Part shown: positions 25,067 through 33,751 of the stretch, in pieces
Numbering within the stretch: the stretch's first letter is position 1
Layout: every line of letters starts with the position of its first letter
From: Sphingomonadales bacterium
Lineage (GTDB): Bacteria; Pseudomonadota; Alphaproteobacteria; Sphingomonadales; Sphingomonadaceae
Direction of reading: 5' to 3'
DNA length: 41,926 nucleotides
Assembly: GCA_034668525.1 (NCBI GenBank)
Contig: JAXDPC010000260.1
Span: 1 to 41,926, forward strand
Made by a program: the position numbers and the translations under genes
Notes under the pieces: generated by a model
Database searches by the model: none
Told to the model about the DNA's origin: nothing
What the model saw: the letters and a program-made list of their open reading frames with translations, nothing else

Positions 25067-25453
25067 ATGATGAAGATGCACGCTCCGATGCTCGCCCTCG
25101 CGCTCGGCGGCTGCGCCGCGGCCGGCCCGGTGGAGGACCGGGAGAGCGCCGCGCTCGAGCGCCAGCTCGCCGAGCGCGTAGCCGGGGAGCCCGATCGCTG
25201 CGTGCCCCGGATCGGCGCGACGGCGCTCCACGCCGTCGATCGGCGAACTCTGGTCTACGACACGCCGGGGACGCTGTGGGTGAACCGTCTGCGCGGCGAC
25301 TGCCCGGGCCTGCGCCCCGACAGCGCGATCGTGATAGAGACCTCCGGCGACAGCTACTGCCGGAGCGACCGTTTCCGCACGATCGCGGCGGGATCGTCGA
25401 TCCCCGGCCCGACCTGCCTGCTCGGCGACTTCACGCCCTATCGGCGGCGCTGA
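25067..25453 (+). CDS. Small Cys-containing lipoprotein (DUF6491-like), same family as 2993-3385
   Basis: GGAGG RBS; lipobox LGGC; C..DRRTLVY...WVNRL...CPGL...YCRSD...GPTCLLGDFTPY. Confidence 0.7.
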   Translation: MMKMHAPMLALALGGCAAAGPVEDRESAALERQLAERVAGEPDRCVPRIGATALHAVDRRTLVYDTPGTLWVNRLRGDCPGLRPDSAIVIETSGDSYCRSDRFRTIAAGSSIPGPTCLLGDFTPYRRR

Positions 25454-26171
25454 GCGCGTCGATCGCGCGGCTTGCCCATTCCGGCCGGCAGATCAGCAGG
25501 TCCGGCACCAGCGGAGACTGCTGATTGTAGACGAGGGCGCTGCCGTCCCGGCGGCTGACGTGAAGCCCGGCGCCTTTCGCGACCGCGACCGGGGCGCAAT
25601 TGTCCCACTCGTGCTGGCCGCCGGAGTGGAAATAGATGTCCGCCTCTCCGGCGACCACTGCCGCGGTCTTGGCGCCCGCAGACCCCATCTCGCGAAGCTC
25701 GGCGCCGAGCGCGGCCGCCAGCGCCGGCCCCTCCCGCGGCGGCCGGGTGCGGCTGACGAGCAGCACCGGTCTTCGCTTCGCTTCCGTAACGGCCACGGCG
25801 GCATCGTCTGACCGGAACAGCCGCCCACGGGCCGGCACCGCTACCGCACCGGCGGCAGCGACGCCATCGATCGCCAAGCCGACATGGACCGCCCAGTCGT
25901 CACGGCCCTCGCCATATTCGCGGGTGCCGTCGAGGGGGTCGACGATCCACACCCGCGATCTCGCCAGCCGGTCAGGCCGGTCCGGCGATTCTTCCGAGAG
26001 GATGCCGTCGTCGGGACGCCGCTCCCGGATCGCCGCCAGGATAAGCTGATTGGCGAGGAGGTCGCCGGCGGTGCCGATCGCGGGCCCGGTGATGAGGCCC
26101 CCGGCGCGCAGTTCCATGAGCAGCCGGCCGGCGGCATCGGCCGCACGCGCGGCAATCTCGGCATCGCTCAT
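25431..26171 (-). CDS. cysQ: 3'(2'),5'-bisphosphate nucleotidase CysQ (inositol monophosphatase family)
   Basis: ILSEE, WIVDPLDGTREY, WAVHVGL, SRTRPP, MGSAGAK, HEWDNCAP. Confidence 0.9.
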   Translation of the reverse strand: MSDAEIAARAADAAGRLLMELRAGGLITGPAIGTAGDLLANQLILAAIRERRPDDGILSEESPDRPDRLARSRVWIVDPLDGTREYGEGRDDWAVHVGLAIDGVAAAGAVAVPARGRLFRSDDAAVAVTEAKRRPVLLVSRTRPPREGPALAAALGAELREMGSAGAKTAAVVAGEADIYFHSGGQHEWDNCAPVAVAKGAGLHVSRRDGSALVYNQQSPLVPDLLICRPEWASRAIDALSAADRA

Positions 26172-26247
26172 GTCCCCCATCGAAATCCGCTCGCTGAAGC
26201 CGCCGCAAAGGTCGGGAAAAAACCAACCGGCCAGTTACCGGCCCTGG

Positions 26248-26262
26248 TTAACCATGTCTTTA
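26248..26262 (+). promoter_or_regulatory. CtrA-like box upstream of the pilus operon
   Basis: (GG)TTAA-CCATGTC-TTTA, containing TTAACCAT. Confidence 0.5.
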
Positions 26263-26334
26263 CCAGAGCTACCGTAGTCCCGCCATGAGCCGCTCGGTCC
26301 GGGGATCGGGCACGAATGCTCGAGGAGCGAAGAC

Positions 26335-26853
26335 ATGCACATCACCCTTGCTTCGAGCCGGCCCGCGCAGACGCTCGCCGCGTCCGCCTTGCTCGGACTC
26401 GCCATGCCGACCACGGCGATGGCGGGGACGCAGACCACGACCATGGGCGTCAGCGCGACGGTGACGGCCAATTGCACGGTGTCCACGACCGCCATCGCAT
26501 TCGGGAGCGTCAATACGCTGAGCGGGAGCAATGTCGATGCCAACGGGACCGTTTCCGTCACCTGCACCAACGGATCGGCCTGGACCCTGTCCGCCGACGC
26601 CGGCGGCGGCAGCGGCGCGACCATGGCGACCCGGCGCATGACCGCGGGCGGGAACACGCTCAACTACACGATCCATACCTCCGCCGGTCACGGCACCATC
26701 TGGGGCGACGGCACCGCCACCACCGCCACGATCGGCAACACCGGCACCGGCGCGGCCCAGACCGTCACGGTCTACGGGCGCGTTTTCTCCGGCCAGACCG
26801 GCGTCCCTGCCGGAAGCTATTCCGACACCGTCAACGTCACCGTCACCTACTGA
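26335..26853 (+). CDS. Spore-coat-U (SCPU/CsuA-B-like) archaic chaperone-usher pilin
   Basis: Signal peptide (..AMA); VSATVTANC, IAFG, VTCTNG, RRM....LNY, WGDG, VYGR, GSYSDTVNVTVTY. Confidence 0.92.
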   Translation: MHITLASSRPAQTLAASALLGLAMPTTAMAGTQTTTMGVSATVTANCTVSTTAIAFGSVNTLSGSNVDANGTVSVTCTNGSAWTLSADAGGGSGATMATRRMTAGGNTLNYTIHTSAGHGTIWGDGTATTATIGNTGTGAAQTVTVYGRVFSGQTGVPAGSYSDTVNVTVTY

Positions 26854-26870
26854 CCAGGAGCCGAACGATC

Positions 26871-27584
26871 ATGATGACCCGCCTCAGCATCGCGCTGCTC
26901 GCCGCCGCGGCCGCCCTCGCCTTGCCGGCGGCCGCGACCGCCGGCTCGCTGCAGGTCGATCCGATCCGGCTCGAGATCAACGCGGGGCGCCGCACCGCGA
27001 CGCTGCGCGTCCGCAACCAGGAGCATACGCCGGTCACGATCCGGGCCTACGCCCTCGACTGGAGCCAGCCGGACGGCGAGGACCATTATGTCGAGACGAG
27101 CGGCGTGATCGCCTCGCCGCCGATCTTCACCATCCCGGGCGGCGGCACCCAGCTGATCCGGGTGGGCCTGCGCAACCCCGCCGGCGGCCCGCGCGCCTAC
27201 CGCCTGATGGTCGAGGAGGTGCCGCAGGCCACGCCCGGAGGCGGCGTCCAGGTGGCGCTGCGGCTCAACCTGCCCTTGTTCGTCTCGATTCAGCCGGGAA
27301 CCGCGGCGGAGCTCGCCTGGTCAGCCGCGCGCGGCACCGACGGCCGCTGGACGGTCGAGGCGACGAACGGCGGTCGCAACTATGTCCGCGTCGAACCTGC
27401 CGCCGCGGAAGCCGCGACCGGGATCGACTTCGCCGACGGCACCAATCTGGGCGTCGTCCTTCCGGGCAGCAGCCGGCGCTGGGTGGTGGGCAACGAGCCG
27501 GTCATCGTCGACCGCAGTCGGTTCACGTCGATCCAGAGGACGGCCGACCGTGCCGACGCCCAGCTCACGCTCCGCCGCAACTAG
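26871..27584 (+). CDS. Fimbrial periplasmic chaperone (CsuC/PapD-like)
   Basis: Signal peptide; SLQVDPIRLEI, LRVRN, ASPPIFTI, QLIRVG, YRLMVEEVP, LNLPLFV. Confidence 0.9.
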   Translation: MMTRLSIALLAAAAALALPAAATAGSLQVDPIRLEINAGRRTATLRVRNQEHTPVTIRAYALDWSQPDGEDHYVETSGVIASPPIFTIPGGGTQLIRVGLRNPAGGPRAYRLMVEEVPQATPGGGVQVALRLNLPLFVSIQPGTAAELAWSAARGTDGRWTVEATNGGRNYVRVEPAAAEAATGIDFADGTNLGVVLPGSSRRWVVGNEPVIVDRSRFTSIQRTADRADAQLTLRRN

Positions 27585-29898
27585 GGCCTGCCTCCTCGGT
27601 CTGCTGCTCGCCGGCTCCGCGCCCGCACTGGCGTCCGGTGCGGCGACCGCATCGCCGCTGGAGCCGACCTTGCTCGAGGTCGTGGTCAACGGTCAGGGCT
27701 CGGACGAGCCCCTGCTCCTGCAGCGCGATTCGAGCGGCGGCCTCTACGCCAGCGAGGCACAATTGCGCGAATGGCGAATCCGCCTGCCCTCGGTGGCGCC
27801 GATCACGATCGACGGCGAGGCCTGGTACCGGATCGACAACGACCCGGGCCTCAGCGCGACCTTGTCGGGCGCCGAGCAGTCGCTGCGGATCGATGCGCGC
27901 CCAGACCTGTTCGAGCGGCAGAGCTCCAGCCTCTCCGGCCTCGACGCCGTCGAGATGACTCCCTCGGGCACCGGCGGCTGGCTGAACTACGATATTCTCG
28001 CAGAGTATCGCAGTGGCGGCATCGGCCTCAACGGCGCGATCGAGGCCGGGGCATTCACACGCTTCGGCGTCGGATCGTCGAGCTTCGTGGCAAGCTCGAG
28101 CGCAGGACGGTCGCGCCTGGTCAGGCTCGAGACCAGCTGGTCCATCGACCGGCCCGAGAAGCTCACCTCGACTCGGATCGGCGACGGCGTGACCACGGGG
28201 GGCAACGGCGTCGCGCCGCTGCGCTTCGCCGGCATCCAATATGCGCGCAATTTCGCGACGCGCCCCGGCTACCTCACCATGCCGCTCCCCACTCTGGAGG
28301 GCAGCGCCGCGGTGCCGTCGGTCGTCGACGTCTATGTGAACAACACCCTCCAGGGCAGCCGCGAGGTGACGCCCGGCCCGTTCGAGCTGACCAACATCCC
28401 GATCCAGTCTGGCGGCGGCACCGTCCAGCTGGTGACGCGCGATCTGCTCGGGCGGCAGGTGGTCACCCAGCAATCCTATTATGCGTCGAGCCTGCTGCTC
28501 CGGCGCGGGCTCCACGATTTCTCCTACGAGATCGGCTTCGTCCGTTCGGGCTTCGGCGTCCGCAGCAACGATTATGGCGGCCTGCTCGCATCGACCAGCC
28601 ACCGCTACGGCGTCACGGACGCGATCACGGTGGAGGGTCACGCCCAGGCGAGCCGCGACACCCAGGTCGCCGGCGCCGGGGTAAGTCTCTCCTTCTTCGA
28701 CCTCGGCACGATCGGTGCGGCGGCGAATTTCAGCCGCTCCCCGCGCGGCAACGGCGCACTCCTCTCGGGTTCCGTTGAGCGGCGCAGCACCGGACTTTCC
28801 CTCGGCATCCGTGCCGAATATGCCAGCGCCGGTTACAGCTTCGTGGGCATCGGGGAGGACAACCGTCCGCCGCGGCTGAGCGCGCAGGCCTTCGCGGACC
28901 TGCCGCTGCTGGGCGGCTCGATCGGTCTCAACTACATCCATCGCGACCGCCGCGGAGGCGAGGAGGACGAGAGCGTCGCCGGGATTTTCGGCAACGTACC
29001 CCTGATCGACGGCATGACCATGCAGGTCTTCGCGCGCCGCGCCGTCGCCGGCAAGGCGCAGACCGTGCTCGGCGCCCATGTCTCCTTCGCGCTCGGCGGG
29101 CGCCGCAGCGCCTCGGCGTCGGTGGAGTACCGGGCCGACGGCGGCTTTTCGCACAACATCTCCGTCCAGGAGGATGCGCCCAGCGGCATCGGCGGAGGAT
29201 ACCGGGCATCCACGAACGTCAGCGACGGCAGGCGCACGATGGAGAGCGTCTATACCTACAACACGACGCTGGCGACGCTCGGAGCCCATGTCAGCCGCGC
29301 GGGCGGTGGCACCGGTGTACGACTCTCCGCACGCGGCTCGCTTGGCCTGATCGGCGGACGGCCGTTCGCCGCCCGCTCGCTCGGCGGAAGCTTCGCGCGG
29401 GTGCAGGTCGGGCGGCAGGCGGGGGTGCGAGTCTATGCCGACAACCAGCTCATCGGGGTCACCGGGGTTGACGGCTCAATCGTCGTCCCGTCGCTGCGGC
29501 CGTTCGATCGCAACGTGATCCGGATCGAGGAGGCGGATCTGCCGCTCGAGGTCCAGATCAGCGAGACGGAGGTCCCGGTGCGACCGTTCGCGCGAGCGGG
29601 CGCCACTGTCCGTTTCGGGGTGCGGCGGGAGCGCGGCGTTCTCCTCCAGCTCTCGCTGGAGGACGGCAGCGCCCTTCCGGCCGGAGCGCTGGTCCGCGTC
29701 GACGGCACGGCGGACATGCACGTCGCCGTCTCGGGCGGCGAGGTCTACATTCCGGCCCTCGACGGCACCGCCTCGCTCGAGGCGAGCTGGGAAGGCGGAG
29801 ATTGCCGCCTGCAGGTGACGGTTCCGCAGACGGACGATCCGCAGCCGCGCCTCGCCGGCCTCATCTGCCGCCGAACGCAGGCCATCGCCGCGCGCTGA
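27550..29898 (+). CDS. Fimbrial outer-membrane usher (CsuD-like)
   Basis: Probable GTG 27550 (AGAGGA RBS) followed by a signal peptide; LEVVVNG, LNYD, RLET, RIGD, PSVVDVYVNN, PGPFEL, RDLLGR, YGVTD; ~780 aa. Confidence 0.9.
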   Translation: MPTPSSRSAATRACLLGLLLAGSAPALASGAATASPLEPTLLEVVVNGQGSDEPLLLQRDSSGGLYASEAQLREWRIRLPSVAPITIDGEAWYRIDNDPGLSATLSGAEQSLRIDARPDLFERQSSSLSGLDAVEMTPSGTGGWLNYDILAEYRSGGIGLNGAIEAGAFTRFGVGSSSFVASSSAGRSRLVRLETSWSIDRPEKLTSTRIGDGVTTGGNGVAPLRFAGIQYARNFATRPGYLTMPLPTLEGSAAVPSVVDVYVNNTLQGSREVTPGPFELTNIPIQSGGGTVQLVTRDLLGRQVVTQQSYYASSLLLRRGLHDFSYEIGFVRSGFGVRSNDYGGLLASTSHRYGVTDAITVEGHAQASRDTQVAGAGVSLSFFDLGTIGAAANFSRSPRGNGALLSGSVERRSTGLSLGIRAEYASAGYSFVGIGEDNRPPRLSAQAFADLPLLGGSIGLNYIHRDRRGGEEDESVAGIFGNVPLIDGMTMQVFARRAVAGKAQTVLGAHVSFALGGRRSASASVEYRADGGFSHNISVQEDAPSGIGGGYRASTNVSDGRRTMESVYTYNTTLATLGAHVSRAGGGTGVRLSARGSLGLIGGRPFAARSLGGSFARVQVGRQAGVRVYADNQLIGVTGVDGSIVVPSLRPFDRNVIRIEEADLPLEVQISETEVPVRPFARAGATVRFGVRRERGVLLQLSLEDGSALPAGALVRVDGTADMHVAVSGGEVYIPALDGTASLEASWEGGDCRLQVTVPQTDDPQPRLAGLICRRTQAIAAR

Positions 29899-31375
29899 GC
29901 GGGATCAGGCGAAGAAGCCGCTCGGCGGCGAACCACAATCCCGCCGTCAGCGCGAGCAATGCGAGCAGCAGCGGCTGGTGGAGGTGCGGCAGCGCCCCGA
30001 CCCAGCCGGACGCAGCGGCGGCAAGAGGAGCGGGGCGGTGCAGGGCCGAGACGGCATGCGCGGGTGCGTCGCGGACCACGTCTTCCGGACCGACGAAACG
30101 GTAACCGGCGCCACGCACGCCGCGAACGAGGGCCGCGAGCGTCTGCGGATCCTCGTGCCAGGCAAAGGCGAAGCCGGCGAAACCGTCGCGGACCGCGAGG
30201 TTGCGACGCGCCGACGCGATCAGCCGCTCCGGCCCCCGCCCCCGCGACACCAACCCGAGATTCTCCGGGACGACGAGGTCGCCGCGAACATCGACGACCT
30301 CGAACGGCACGAACTGCGCCTGCCGGCGGTCGCCGGCAGAATAGGAAGGCCGGTCCCAACGAACGCGGCTCGGCGGCCGCCCCGGCGCGCCGGCGAAGAT
30401 CGCAGGGCGAGGGAGGCCGGCGCGCGGCCAGATGCGCCCCCCGCTTCGACCCTGCGCGATCAGCGCCCCGCCGCGTGAGACCGCGTCGCGCAGGGCGCGG
30501 ACGAGCCGCGGGCGCTGCCGCAGCGTGAGGTGCGCGGGGCGGCCGTTGCGAAACGCGCTATAGGTGTCCCGGACCGCGAGGCCGAACGGCACATTTTCGC
30601 CCGCCAGCAGGTCGACGAGGCGGCGGATGCTTCGCGGATCCGCTTCGGGTCCGATGTCGTCGATCCGAACCATCGCCCGGTGCCGCTCGGGGGCGTCGGG
30701 CGCCAGCATCTCGAACAGCAGATCGGCGAAGACGAGATAGCGATCGTCCTCATGCGCGTAGGCGAAGGGTGATTCCGCGACGTAAAGAAGCGGCCCCGCG
30801 CGGACCGCCCATGGGGTTTCGCGCCCGCCGGGCCCGACGGCGACGGCGAGGATTTGCGCCCGCGAAGGATCGGCGACCAGGGGCTCCGCCGCCCCGGTCC
30901 GGACGCGGAGGTCGCGGGGAAAGTCGCGCCCCTTGTAGCGCACCGCGACCCAGTCCGCGGGCCGCTCCGGCGCCGGCGACCATCCGGCTCGCGCCGCGAC
31001 GGAGCGGCCGGCGAACAGGCGGCCGATGGCGTGCTGAATCCAGATCACCGGCCCCCGCGAAGCTGCGACATCGGCAAGCAGCGCTTGCGGCGGTTGGCTG
31101 GATGGAGCGGACGGCATGACGAGCATCGCGTCGAAGCGGCGGGCGTCGCCGGCACGGTAGCCGGCGATCGGGCGGAGCGTCGCGCGACCGAAGCGGCCAG
31201 TCAGGTTCGCCGCCAGGATCGCGTCGACGGCATTCTCGGGATCGTGCAGGACGAGGAGGCGCTGGCCCTCACGGGGAGCTCCGATCCGGAGATCGCTCTG
31301 CGCCCAGGCGACGAACAGCAGCCAGAGAGCGAGGCCGGCGAAGGCGGCGCGGAGGATCCGGTGGTGGATTGCCAT
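29861..31375 (-). CDS. DUF2334-like (polysaccharide-deacetylase-fold) membrane-anchored protein, degenerate
   Basis: N- and C-terminal TM segments; DRYLVFADLL, AMVRIDDIGP, VPFGLAV, VVPENLG, VRDGFAGFAF, GYRFV. Confidence 0.65.
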   Translation of the reverse strand: MAIHHRILRAAFAGLALWLLFVAWAQSDLRIGAPREGQRLLVLHDPENAVDAILAANLTGRFGRATLRPIAGYRAGDARRFDAMLVMPSAPSSQPPQALLADVAASRGPVIWIQHAIGRLFAGRSVAARAGWSPAPERPADWVAVRYKGRDFPRDLRVRTGAAEPLVADPSRAQILAVAVGPGGRETPWAVRAGPLLYVAESPFAYAHEDDRYLVFADLLFEMLAPDAPERHRAMVRIDDIGPEADPRSIRRLVDLLAGENVPFGLAVRDTYSAFRNGRPAHLTLRQRPRLVRALRDAVSRGGALIAQGRSGGRIWPRAGLPRPAIFAGAPGRPPSRVRWDRPSYSAGDRRQAQFVPFEVVDVRGDLVVPENLGLVSRGRGPERLIASARRNLAVRDGFAGFAFAWHEDPQTLAALVRGVRGAGYRFVGPEDVVRDAPAHAVSALHRPAPLAAAASGWVGALPHLHQPLLLALLALTAGLWFAAERLLRLIPLSARRWPAFGGR

Positions 31376-31460
31376 CGCGTCGGCGGCGAGTATCAGCGGG
31401 CCCGATGCCTGTCGAACCCCCCTCGGCGCCGGTCCCATATTGGCACCCTTCCGGGCCGCG

Positions 31461-32597
31461 ATGAAGCTGCTGGCAGTGATCGGCACGCGGCCGGAAGCGG
31501 TCAAGATGGCGCCGCTGCTGCTCGCCTTGCGCGCCGAGCCGGCGGTCGACCTTCGCCTCTGCCTCAGCGGCCAGCATCGCGAGATGGTCCGTCCCGTGCT
31601 GCGCCTGTTCGGGCTGGAGCCGGACCTCGACCTCGCCCTGATGACGTCAGCGCAGAGCCTCAACGCCCTGGCGGGTCGGGCGATCGAGCGGCTCGATGCG
31701 GCCTTGGCGGAGATCGGGCCCGACAGGGTGCTCGTCCACGGCGACACGACGACTGCATTGGCCGCGGCGACCGCCGCCTTCCACCGCGGCGTCCCTGTCG
31801 CCCATGTCGAGGCGGGCCTCAGGACCTACGATCTCGCCGGGCCCTTCCCGGAGGAGATGAACCGCCGTGCGATCGACCTCGTCGCCGACCTTCTGTTTGC
31901 ACCTACCAGGCGCGCGCGACGGAACCTGGACGCAGAGCGCGTATCGGGCACGGTCTTCGTCACCGGCAACAGCGGCGTCGATGCGATCGAGCTGGCGGTG
32001 CGAAGGCTGGAGGCCGACGAGAAGCTCCGAACGGCCGCGGACGCGGAGCTTCCGCAGTTGCGCGAAGGCCGAAGGCTGCTCCTCGTCACCGGCCACCGGC
32101 GGGAGAGCTTCGGCCAGGGGCTACGCGGCGTCTGCGCCGCTTTGGCGCAGATCGCGGAGCGAGGAGACGTGGACATCGTCTACCCGGTGCACCTCAATCC
32201 GCAGGTGAAAGGCCCGGTGGAGGCGGCACTGGAAAGAAGCGACAACATCCACCTGCTGCCGCCGCTCGGCTATCCGGCCATGGTGCGGCTGATGCAGCGT
32301 GCCGACCTCATCCTCACCGACTCGGGCGGAATTCAGGAGGAGGCGCCCTCTCTCGGCAAGCCGGTGCTGGTCACCCGCGCGGCGACCGAGCGGCCGGAAG
32401 CGCTGGAGGCCGGGATGGCTCGGCTGGTCGGAACCGACAGCGAAGCGATCGTCACCGCCGTGACCGAGGTGCTCGACGCGGGAGCGCCGGCCGCCGGCTT
32501 CCGCAACGGGCCCAATCCCTACGGAGACGGCAAGGCCAGCGAGCGGATCGTCGCCGCCTTGCTGGGGCGGCCGTTCGAGGAGTTCGGCGGGCGATGA
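31461..32597 (+). CDS. wecB: UDP-N-acetylglucosamine 2-epimerase (non-hydrolysing)
   Basis: IGTRPEAVKMAP, SGQHREM, HGDTTT, HVEAGLRT, PFPEEMNR, TGHRRESFG, YPVHLNP, TDSGGIQEEAPSLGKP, TERPE, NPYGDGKASERI. Confidence 0.96.
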   Translation: MKLLAVIGTRPEAVKMAPLLLALRAEPAVDLRLCLSGQHREMVRPVLRLFGLEPDLDLALMTSAQSLNALAGRAIERLDAALAEIGPDRVLVHGDTTTALAAATAAFHRGVPVAHVEAGLRTYDLAGPFPEEMNRRAIDLVADLLFAPTRRARRNLDAERVSGTVFVTGNSGVDAIELAVRRLEADEKLRTAADAELPQLREGRRLLLVTGHRRESFGQGLRGVCAALAQIAERGDVDIVYPVHLNPQVKGPVEAALERSDNIHLLPPLGYPAMVRLMQRADLILTDSGGIQEEAPSLGKPVLVTRAATERPEALEAGMARLVGTDSEAIVTAVTEVLDAGAPAAGFRNGPNPYGDGKASERIVAALLGRPFEEFGGR

Positions 32598-33724
32598 ATC
32601 GTGCCGACATTCTGGTGATCGGCGGGGGCGTCGCCGGCCTCTCCGCCGCGGCGGCGCTGGCGCGGCACGGCAGGGTCGTCGTGCTCGAGGCGGAGGAAGC
32701 GGTGGGCGTCCATTCGAGCGGGCGGAGCGCGACCTTCAGTCATTACGGCATCGGCAACCACGCCGTGCGAGCGCTGACGGCGTGGAGCAGGCCCTTCTTT
32801 GCCAAGGGCGTAGCCGAGCGCGCCGCAGCCTTGTTCGTCGCAAGCGTGGAGATGCTGCCGGAGCTCGACGCCCTCGAGGCGGAGATGGCGCGCTTCACAG
32901 GCGGCCTCCGCCGCGTCGGGGAGGCCGAGATGGCGGACCTGTTCCCGCCGCTGCGGGTTGGACGCGAAGGCGCGGTGGCGGGATGCGTCGACCCGGATGG
33001 GCTGAGGCTCGATTCCGATGCGATGCTGCAGGGCTATGCACGCGCGGTGCGCGCCGCGGGAGGCGAGGTCCTCACCGGGCGGCGCGTTGCCCGGATCGCT
33101 CCAGCGTGGATCGCCGTCACGGAGAGCGGGGAGGAATGGACCGCGCCCGTCCTCGTCAACGCCGCCGGTGCCTGGGCGGACGCTGTCGCGAAGCTCGCCG
33201 GCGTGCGGCCGCTCGCCCTGCGCCCGCTTCGCCGCACCATCGTCATAATCGACGCGCCGGCGGGCGCGGACGTACGGTCCTGGCCCTTCGTGAAGACTGC
33301 CGTCGACGATTTCTACATCCTTCCGGAAGGCGGCCGCCTCGCCGCCTCGCCGGTCGACGAGATCGAATCCGGGCCCTGCGACGCCCAACCGGAGGATTAT
33401 GACGTGGCGCTCGCCGCCTGGAAGATCGAACGATATACCAGCTTGAGCGTGGCCCGCATCCTACACCGCCGCGCCGGCCTCAGGACCTTTACCGTCGACC
33501 GGGTCCCCGCCGCCGGCTTCGCCGCGGACGCGCCGGGCTTCTTCTGGCTCGCCGGCCAGGGCGGCTACGGCCTCCAGACCGCCCCGGCGATGGCGGCGAT
33601 CACGGAGTCGCTGATCGCCGGCGGTCCCTGGCCGGACGGGTTGGCCGAGCTCGGCGCCGGTCCTGCGGAGGTCGGAATCGGCCGGCTGGCGCCGCCCGCA
33701 CCGGGGCGGCAACCTCTTTCCTAA
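32594..33724 (+). CDS. FAD-dependent oxidoreductase (DAO/DadA family)
   Basis: ATGA overlap with wecB; IGGGVAG, HSSGRSA, VNAAGAWAD, AGLRTF, FFWLAGQGGYGLQTAPA. Confidence 0.9.
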   Translation: MNRADILVIGGGVAGLSAAAALARHGRVVVLEAEEAVGVHSSGRSATFSHYGIGNHAVRALTAWSRPFFAKGVAERAAALFVASVEMLPELDALEAEMARFTGGLRRVGEAEMADLFPPLRVGREGAVAGCVDPDGLRLDSDAMLQGYARAVRAAGGEVLTGRRVARIAPAWIAVTESGEEWTAPVLVNAAGAWADAVAKLAGVRPLALRPLRRTIVIIDAPAGADVRSWPFVKTAVDDFYILPEGGRLAASPVDEIESGPCDAQPEDYDVALAAWKIERYTSLSVARILHRRAGLRTFTVDRVPAAGFAADAPGFFWLAGQGGYGLQTAPAMAAITESLIAGGPWPDGLAELGAGPAEVGIGRLAPPAPGRQPLS

Positions 33725-33751
33725 TCCCGGCGTTCGGAGCATGAGTGGAGG

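Noticed and set aside
30854-33724. Apparent giant fusion ORFs (956 aa at 30854; also 23166-25025, 39429-41288, 1950-2996)
   Set aside because: The N-terminal parts are off-frame or antisense readings of neighbouring genes. The real starts are 32594, 24054, 39896 and 2310.
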